Sequence record: SRR20825010_6742
Length of the DNA stretch: 44,202 nucleotides
Direction: 5' to 3' (one strand)
In this document: piece after piece, positions 37,564 to 44,202 of the stretch
Layout: each line of letters starts with the position of its first letter
Position numbering within the stretch: position 1 is the first letter of the stretch
The notes under the pieces: model-generated
The model's database searches: none
The model's input: the letters and a program-made list of their open reading frames with translations, nothing else
Told to the model about the DNA's origin: nothing
Position numbers and translations under genes: made by a program

Positions 37564-39164
37564 TGCCCGTCGACGATGAACTGATTGATCGCATGCTTTC
37601 GGGGGAGCCATCCGACGAAGAAGCCACAGCGTTTGAGCAGTGGCTGAAGAACCCCGCCAATCTTCAGCGGTTTGCACTTCGCGCCGAGCTTCATTCAGAC
37701 TTGCGGCAATCGCTGCGACGCCGACAGATCCAAACAAATGCGTTGGAAGCCAGCAACGCTGCCTCGGAGATCATTCCCGGTTCGACAAAACAAAATCATC
37801 AGCCGTCTTTGATTCGATCACCAAAGAGAGCGCTGGCGATAGCGGCCGGGTTGGTAACGGCGGCGTGCCTGCTGTTCGCCTTCATACGGCCCCACCGCGG
37901 CGACCAATCGACCAGCGAGGATCGCGTCGCGGCATCCGTCGTCCGCAACGTGGGTGGGTTGCTGACAAAAGGCGATCAGCAATGGGACGATCCGCAACTG
38001 CCTATGGGCGACTATGAGTTGCGAAAAGGATTGTTGAATCTGCGGTTCGGCGGCGGAGTTATGGTGTATATGGAGGCTCCTGCCCGCTTCGACGCGGTGA
38101 GCGACCGGCGTGTTGTGCTTCACAGCGGGCGTTTGTCAGCCACCGTTCCACCCGAAGGCATCGGGTTCACCGTGGAAACTCCCGAGGCGGAAGTCATTGA
38201 TTTCGGCACTGAGTTCTCCATTGATGTTGAGGGCGGTGCGAGCGAGGTGCATGTGTTTGATGGTCTCGTGCGTGTGAATCCGGGGGCATCGAATCAACGT
38301 GACGCTTCCAAGTCGGTTGATCTTCACGCGTCGGAGGCCGTCCGGATTTCTGGTGAGGCGTCTGACCTGATTGGTATCTCCGTCGAGACCAACCGATTCA
38401 TTCGCAACTTCGATGAACCGAGGCTGAACTACGCCCGCGCGATCAAGCGGTTGTCGCCCGTCGCTTATTACCGAATGCCAATCCGCGACCGTGGTTTGGT
38501 GTCAGAACCGCCCGAATACTCCGGCGTCGTTTTAACAGGGGACGGCAAACGCCCAGCGCATGCCAAAGGTGTCTTCGCCGGCGGTTCTTTGCGAGTCGGA
38601 GTCGACTCCATTGGTCGCGGCGGGCGCGTCGATTCGCCGCCCGCATTCAACACGGGACACTTCTCGCTAACCGCATTCGTGTATCTCGAAGCCCCCGCCC
38701 ATAGCGCAATGGTTGCCACCAACCGGGATGGAGATCGCGGCAACTTCAGTCTCTCTCTCAATAAGAACGGAACGCTGCAAACCACCATCGTGATGGACGA
38801 GGCCTTGAGTCCGGCAGCAACCACGGTGGTGGACAAGGCAACGAGTCCCCTCACAACAGGACTCGTGACCACGTCCACCACAGGTAACTCAGCCCTACAG
38901 CAAAAAACCTGGCGGCACATTGTTGTGACTGCTGACGGTGAGCAATTACAGCTCTACGAAGACGGGAGGCTCGTTGCTTCCACAGCGTGCGCCGAAATGG
39001 CATCCAGCGACTCCGAGACGGTCTGGTTCGGAACGGATGCCAAAGCGACACAAGTTTGGGACGGCCGGATCGATGAAGTGGCTTTGTTCAATCGAGCGCT
39101 CAACGAAGCCGAAATTTCGACACTCTATCGCACGGCTCAAGAGGAGATCGCAAGATCAAGATGA
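37563..39164 (+). CDS. FecR-like anti-sigma factor with C-terminal LamG-like domain
   Basis: TGATG overlap with sigma stop; [18 protein letters not shown]; Fec[27 protein letters not shown]; Lam[26 protein letters not shown]. Confidence 0.9.
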   Translation: MPVDDELIDRMLSGEPSDEEATAFEQWLKNPANLQRFALRAELHSDLRQSLRRRQIQTNALEASNAASEIIPGSTKQNHQPSLIRSPKRALAIAAGLVTAACLLFAFIRPHRGDQSTSEDRVAASVVRNVGGLLTKGDQQWDDPQLPMGDYELRKGLLNLRFGGGVMVYMEAPARFDAVSDRRVVLHSGRLSATVPPEGIGFTVETPEAEVIDFGTEFSIDVEGGASEVHVFDGLVRVNPGASNQRDASKSVDLHASEAVRISGEASDLIGISVETNRFIRNFDEPRLNYARAIKRLSPVAYYRMPIRDRGLVSEPPEYSGVVLTGDGKRPAHAKGVFAGGSLRVGVDSIGRGGRVDSPPAFNTGHFSLTAFVYLEAPAHSAMVATNRDGDRGNFSLSLNKNGTLQTTIVMDEALSPAATTVVDKATSPLTTGLVTTSTTGNSALQQKTWRHIVVTADGEQLQLYEDGRLVASTACAEMASSDSETVWFGTDAKATQVWDGRIDEVALFNRALNEAEISTLYRTAQEEIARSR

Positions 39165-39286
39165 CGTCCAAGTACCCGCGATTCTTACGGTGTTTGAAAC
39201 CGTGCAAAAAAGGACGTAATGGACGGGGCACCGAGTCCTTCATTCGGGAACTCGTTGCCTCGTCCACCACCAAAACCACAACTCAA

Positions 39287-40879
39287 ATGACACTTATGAA
39301 CATACCGACGCATTTCCTTTTCGGCATCGTTTTCGTCGCAAGTCTTGCCGGCCATTTGTCTGCAGACGATGCACGCCCCAATGTCGTATTTCTAGCGGTC
39401 GACGACATGAACGACTTTGTTGGATGTCTCGACTCACGCCCCAATGCAATCACACCCAACATCGATCGGCTTGCCGCTCGTGGCGTGTGCTTTACCAACG
39501 CACACACGGCTGGCGTGTTTTGTGCGCCCAGTCGAGCAGCCATCTTTTCCGGCCAATACGCATCGACGACCGGATGCTACGAGACTCCGAATTACTTTGT
39601 GCATCATTCGGAGATTGAATCGCTGCAAATGAGCTTTGCCAAAGCGGGCTACTCGACGCTGGGCGCTGGCAAGCTCTTTCATCATCCGGCTGGAGCAATT
39701 GACCAGCGAGGTTGGACAAAGTTCTTCCTGCGAAATCAATTCCAACGGGAAGGCGGTTGGGCACTGGAATCATGGAGCAGCGACACGCCGGTGCCACAGC
39801 CCTTTCCGGCCAGCACCTACAACCAAGGCAAAGAGATCACCGGCGGGTTGTTCTTGGAATGGGGTGCAATTCCGAATGATGAAGAAGAGGAGATGGCCGA
39901 CACGATGCGTGCGAACTGGGCCGTCGATCAACTAGAGCAAAAGCACGACCAGCCGTTCTTTCTGGCCTGCGGCTTCTACGCTCCTCATTACCCCAACTAC
40001 TGTCCGCAGAAGTATTTTGAGTTGTACGATCGAGATGCCATCGAGACTCCGGCGTTCAAGGAAGATGACCTGGACGATCTTCCAAAGAAGATTGTCAAAC
40101 AACGTCAGAACCGCAGGAAGCAACACTACGACAAATTGGTTGCCATGGGTGCTTGGAAAGACGCGCTGCACGGTTACCTCGCGTGCACCAGCTACACTGA
40201 TGCGATGGTCGGTCGCATTCTGAACGCACTCGAAGCAAGCCCCTATGCCGACAACACCATTGTCGTGCTGTGGAGCGACCACGGTTACCACCTTGGCGAA
40301 AAAGGCCAGTGGGGCAAGCACACTTTGTGGGAACGAACCTCCAACGTGCCGTTTGTGTGGGCAGGGCCCGGTGTCGCTGAAGGGGTTCGGACTGACGTGA
40401 CGGTCAGCCTGATTGACATCTATCCGACGCTGGCTGAGCAATGCGACTTGCCCGCACCGCAGCAGAACTTGGAAGGAGTTTCGTTGGCATCGACGTTGAA
40501 GCATCCCGCCGACGCAATAGACCGAACGGTATATCTGCCCTACATCAACCCAGGTGAATACACCGTGATCAATCGCGATTGGCGTTTCATCCATTACGAC
40601 GACCAGAACCAAGAACTGTACAACGCCAGAGAAGATCCGCACGAGTGGAACAACCTCGCGTCCGATCCGAAGTCTACGGACGTCATCACCACGCTGAAGC
40701 ATTCAGCACCGACCGAGTTCGCCGATCCAGAACCCAGACTCAACGTGCGGCGTGATCTCGTCGTCGAAGGCAAAACCTTCCGCTGGGAGAAAGGCAAAGG
40801 CAACTATGTTCCCCATCCGAAGTACTTGCCTTACACCGATCCCGCAATGAAACAGAAGCAATCGAGAAAGGGGCGTTAA
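39287..40879 (+). CDS. Sulfatase (S1, iduronate-2-sulfatase-like)
   Basis: [45 protein letters not shown]; start ATG 39287 or 39296. Confidence 0.94.
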   Translation: MTLMNIPTHFLFGIVFVASLAGHLSADDARPNVVFLAVDDMNDFVGCLDSRPNAITPNIDRLAARGVCFTNAHTAGVFCAPSRAAIFSGQYASTTGCYETPNYFVHHSEIESLQMSFAKAGYSTLGAGKLFHHPAGAIDQRGWTKFFLRNQFQREGGWALESWSSDTPVPQPFPASTYNQGKEITGGLFLEWGAIPNDEEEEMADTMRANWAVDQLEQKHDQPFFLACGFYAPHYPNYCPQKYFELYDRDAIETPAFKEDDLDDLPKKIVKQRQNRRKQHYDKLVAMGAWKDALHGYLACTSYTDAMVGRILNALEASPYADNTIVVLWSDHGYHLGEKGQWGKHTLWERTSNVPFVWAGPGVAEGVRTDVTVSLIDIYPTLAEQCDLPAPQQNLEGVSLASTLKHPADAIDRTVYLPYINPGEYTVINRDWRFIHYDDQNQELYNAREDPHEWNNLASDPKSTDVITTLKHSAPTEFADPEPRLNVRRDLVVEGKTFRWEKGKGNYVPHPKYLPYTDPAMKQKQSRKGR

Positions 40880-40907
40880 AGTGTCAATCTCAGCAAGACA
40901 ATTTCCA

Positions 40908-42263
40908 ATGAACAATAAAATTCTATTGCTGGCCTCAGCAGTGTTGCTTTCGGTTACGCCTTCATTTGCGAGGGCCCAAGCAACCGATCAGCGGCCGCCA
41001 AACATTGTTTTCATGTTCGCTGATGATCTTGGTTACGGCGATCTTGGATGTTACGGACATCCCTATGCTCGAACGCCTGCGATTGACCAACTGGCCAAAG
41101 AAGGGACGCGGTTCACACAGTTTTATGTGACCGGCGTGACCTGCAACCCAAGCCGCACGGGATTGATGACAGGCCTGTTTCCGGCTCGATTCCCGAAGTA
41201 TGCAGCGGACTTCGGTTTTGGAGACCGAGTCACAATTACCGAACTGCTGAAGAAACGTGGCTACAAAACCGGGCACTTCGGCAAGTGGCACATCGGCCCG
41301 GTCGACAGCGACGGCACTTATCGAATCGATGAGGTCCAGACGATTGGCAAGAGTCGAGACAGATCAGCCGGCCGAGACGACGAATTGTATTCGGCCGCGA
41401 TCGACTTCATCAGGGACAACAAGGATGACCCCTTCTACGTCAACGTCTGGGGGCACGCCACGCACTTCCCAGTCAATACTGCTCAGGGGCTAGCCGCTGA
41501 GTTCAACGATATCAGCGTCGACCGGAAAGACTTCTCGCCAACCATGCAGCACAAGTTCGATGAGTGCCTGAAGATCGGCGGCGATCTCGATGAGTCGATG
41601 CGTCAGTATCTCGGCGACGTCTACCAGCTCGACTTAAACGTGGGCCGAGTCGTGAAGGCCCTTGATGAATTGGGGCTCAGGGAAAACACCATCGTCGTAT
41701 TTTCCAGTGATCACGGTCCCGCCCCCGTGGTAACAGGAAAAAAGGGCACCCGCCAATTCTCCAACAACATGCTGGGTTATGCGGGTGGGTTTCGCGGCGG
41801 CAAACACGAACAATATGAAGGGGGCACCCGCGTCCCGTTCATCATCCGATGGCCGGGTAAAGTTCAGGCGGGGCGAGTTGATACGACAAGCGTTTGCTCG
41901 CTCATCGACTGGTTACCGACGCTTTGCTCCCTTGCCGGAGTCGATGAATTACCGAATCCGATCGATGGTGAGGACATCTCCGACATCTGGTTCGGTACCG
42001 ATCGAGAGCGTTTAAAGCCACTATTCTGGAAGACCAGTTCCACCGGCAGCACACCTGCTATGCGAGACGGAAAATGGAAACTGCACCTGCCACGCAAACA
42101 ACGCGGCGAACCGGAACTCTACGACCTGTCGATCGACCCGAGTGAAAGCAACAACATCGCTGCGCAGCATCCAGACGTTGTGAAATCGCTTTCCAAGAAA
42201 ATCAAAACCTGGGCCGCCAGTCTGCCCATCGATTACGCCAAGACGAAGGTGAGAAGCAGGTAG
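40908..42263 (+). CDS. Sulfatase (S1, Cys-type)
   Basis: PNIVFMFADDLGY, CNPSRTGLMTG, GKWHIG, FSSDHGP, YEGGTRVP; start ATG 40908. Confidence 0.94.
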   Translation: MNNKILLLASAVLLSVTPSFARAQATDQRPPNIVFMFADDLGYGDLGCYGHPYARTPAIDQLAKEGTRFTQFYVTGVTCNPSRTGLMTGLFPARFPKYAADFGFGDRVTITELLKKRGYKTGHFGKWHIGPVDSDGTYRIDEVQTIGKSRDRSAGRDDELYSAAIDFIRDNKDDPFYVNVWGHATHFPVNTAQGLAAEFNDISVDRKDFSPTMQHKFDECLKIGGDLDESMRQYLGDVYQLDLNVGRVVKALDELGLRENTIVVFSSDHGPAPVVTGKKGTRQFSNNMLGYAGGFRGGKHEQYEGGTRVPFIIRWPGKVQAGRVDTTSVCSLIDWLPTLCSLAGVDELPNPIDGEDISDIWFGTDRERLKPLFWKTSSTGSTPAMRDGKWKLHLPRKQRGEPELYDLSIDPSESNNIAAQHPDVVKSLSKKIKTWAASLPIDYAKTKVRSR

Positions 42264-42326
42264 AGCGTCCACTACGAAGCAGCTTGCCTGAATCTAAAAA
42301 CTACGAACCGTAAAGACGAAAAACCC

Positions 42327-44202
42327 ATGAGACTTCATCGCGCCTTGCTCTTCTTGCCAATCGTTGGTCTTGCTTGTCTGTCAGCCAAGGCAAATGAAGA
42401 ACCTGCACGACCGCCGAACGTCATTCTCTTTCTCGTAGATGACATGGGTTGGACGGATGGAGGCGTCTTTGGTTCCGACTACTACGAGACGCCCAACATT
42501 GATGCCTTTGCCAAGCAAGCGATGCGCTTCACCAACGCCTACGCGCATCCGCTCTGCTCGCCCAGTCGGGCTTCCATCCTGACGGGGCAAGAGGAGTCGC
42601 GGCACGGCATCCTCTCCGCCCACGGACACCTGGAGCCAGAGCCATGGGGCGAGCAGGTTTATCAGCCTGCCACAAGTCAAAATGAATACCTGCTCACCAA
42701 AAGCCGCACTTACCAGAATCCAGATGCGACGACGCTGGCCGAAGCATTCCTCGGCGCCGGCTACCGTACGGCTCACATGGGGAAATGGCATCTCGGTCTG
42801 ACGCAGGAACATTGGCCGGACCAGCACGGCTTTGAAGTCACGTTTCACGCCGCGCCGGATCCCGGGCCTCCCGGAAGCACCTACTTCTCACCGCACGGAG
42901 TTCACCCGGATGGAAAGCCGAGTGCCGCCCGTCGAGTCGGCAATATCGTCGACGGGCCAAAGGGCGAGCACATCGACGACCGGCTCGGGACAGAGGCAAT
43001 CAAGTACATCACCGAACATAAGGACGAACCGTTCTACCTGAATCTGTGGATGTATGACTGTCACGGCCCCTGGGAAGCGAAACGGGATCTGATCCAGAAG
43101 TTCGCCCAAAAAGAAACTCAGCCTGACGGCCATACCAATCCGGTCTACGCAGCGATGCTGAAGACGATGGACGACAACTTTGGACGAGTGATGACGGCGC
43201 TCGATGAACTCGCCATTGCCGACAACACCATTGTTGTTTTCTTCTCGGACAATGGTGGCAACACCCACAGCATGGGCGCGAGCGAACAGAAACGCAAGAT
43301 GGCCAATCCGAAGAGCAAGACTTACGGCTACACGAAAATTTACAGCGACTACGCTGGCGTGCAGTATCCGACGAAGAATCTCGGCCTACGCGGTGGCAAA
43401 GGAAAGCTTTATGAGGGCGGCCAGCGCGTTCCGTTGATGGTCCGTTGGCACCAACACATTCCTGCGGGATCCGTCAGCGAGACAATCGTCAATAATATCG
43501 ACCTCTATCCCACGCTGCTTGAACTGACCGGCCAGGCCGAGCCTGCCAATCATGTCATCGATGGAAAGTCCATCGCGAAGGTTCTCACCGAGGGCGAAGA
43601 GGGAACGGGGCAAACGAGCGTGAGCTACTTCCCGTATCACGGTGGTGGCATCTCGGTGCGCGACGGCGATTGGAAACTCATTAGGCGCTACGCTCGCAAA
43701 CCGGACCAGTACGAGGGTCTCGTTGAGTTGTTCAATTTGAAACACGATCTCGCAGAAACGAAGAATCTCGCTGTCGAAATGCCTGAGAAAGTCACGGAGC
43801 TTAGCAAGCTTATCGATGCGCACTTTAGGCACACCGGCGGACTTCCGCCGAAACCGAACCCAGACTTTCAGCCGGGAACAACCTCGCCGACAAAATCCAG
43901 GAGCCCCACGCACGGACTGGTTCCCAAGCAATGTCGCATTGAATTGATCGATGGCGGCATTCGCGTGATTGCTCAGGGAAAGAACTCGTTCCTGGGGACA
44001 GCTCAGGTGAAACTGAATGGACCGATTACGCTGCAGCTGCAAGCTCGGGGCATCGATGGTAAGAGCGGAACAGGACGAGTTCAGTGGCGAACCCAGGAAC
44101 AGACTGATTTCCCCGCAACCGGCCAGACGGTGGACTTCGAAATCCCTGAGTCGACTAGCTGGCAGGACATCACGGTGCAAGTGCCTGTCGAGGGACGAAG
44201 TC
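42327..44202 (+). CDS. Sulfatase (S1) with extra C-terminal beta-rich domain, truncated by window end
   Basis: Absent from the ORF track (no stop in window); manual translation MRLHRALL..PNVILFLVDDMGW..CSPSRASILTG..GKWHLG..FFSDNGG..YEGGQRVP, continuing after PKPNPDF. Confidence 0.92.
   Translation, partial: MRLHRALLFLPIVGLACLSAKANEEPARPPNVILFLVDDMGWTDGGVFGSDYYETPNIDAFAKQAMRFTNAYAHPLCSPSRASILTGQEESRHGILSAHGHLEPEPWGEQVYQPATSQNEYLLTKSRTYQNPDATTLAEAFLGAGYRTAHMGKWHLGLTQEHWPDQHGFEVTFHAAPDPGPPGSTYFSPHGVHPDGKPSAARRVGNIVDGPKGEHIDDRLGTEAIKYITEHKDEPFYLNLWMYDCHGPWEAKRDLIQKFAQKETQPDGHTNPVYAAMLKTMDDNFGRVMTALDELAIADNTIVVFFSDNGGNTHSMGASEQKRKMANPKSKTYGYTKIYSDYAGVQYPTKNLGLRGGKGKLYEGGQRVPLMVRWHQHIPAGSVSETIVNNIDLYPTLLELTGQAEPANHVIDGKSIAKVLTEGEEGTGQTSVSYFPYHGGGISVRDGDWKLIRRYARKPDQYEGLVELFNLKHDLAETKNLAVEMPEKVTELSKLIDAHFRHTGGLPPKPNPDFQPGTTSPTKSRSPTHGLVPKQCRIELIDGGIRVIAQGKNSFLGTAQVKLNGPITLQLQARGIDGKSGTGRVQWRTQEQTDFPATGQTVDFEIPESTSWQDITVQVPVEGRS

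Noticed and set aside
43386-44180. 264-aa minus-strand ORF
   Set aside because: Antisense to the sulfatase starting at 42327.

Overview
This is a 44-kb gene-dense stretch of a planctomycete chromosome. DUF1559 proteins, a PVC-type CxxCH protein, Cys-type sulfatases, ECF/FecR-LamG pairs and the intergenic repeats point to Rhodopirellula/Pirellulaceae (inference). Most of the window serves sulfated-glycan use: 8 sulfatase domains (one fused to a SASA/DUF303 esterase, one running off the right edge), a DUF1080-GH78 rhamnosidase, a DUF1080-propeller-HEAT-cytochrome c protein and a free DUF1080 protein. These cluster around two ECF sigma + FecR/LamG anti-sigma pairs, each with a divergently oriented DUF1559 prepilin-like gene and no SusC/SusD or TonB receptor. 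The middle holds an envelope block: a PQQ-like propeller with an RGG tail, an AsmA-like protein, a Wza/SLBB lipoprotein, and a BlaI repressor with visible tandem operators ahead of a BlaR1/M56 protease fused to a TolC-like helical domain that appears to lack its beta-barrel strands. An Acr3 arsenite exporter, translationally coupled to a small Cys-rich protein and preceded by a duplicated operator-like box, lies between the second DUF1559 gene and its ECF pair. I saw no rRNA, tRNA, CRISPR array or transposase. Family calls are from recognised motifs, not database searches, and many starts were re-chosen from signal peptides and gene overlaps.
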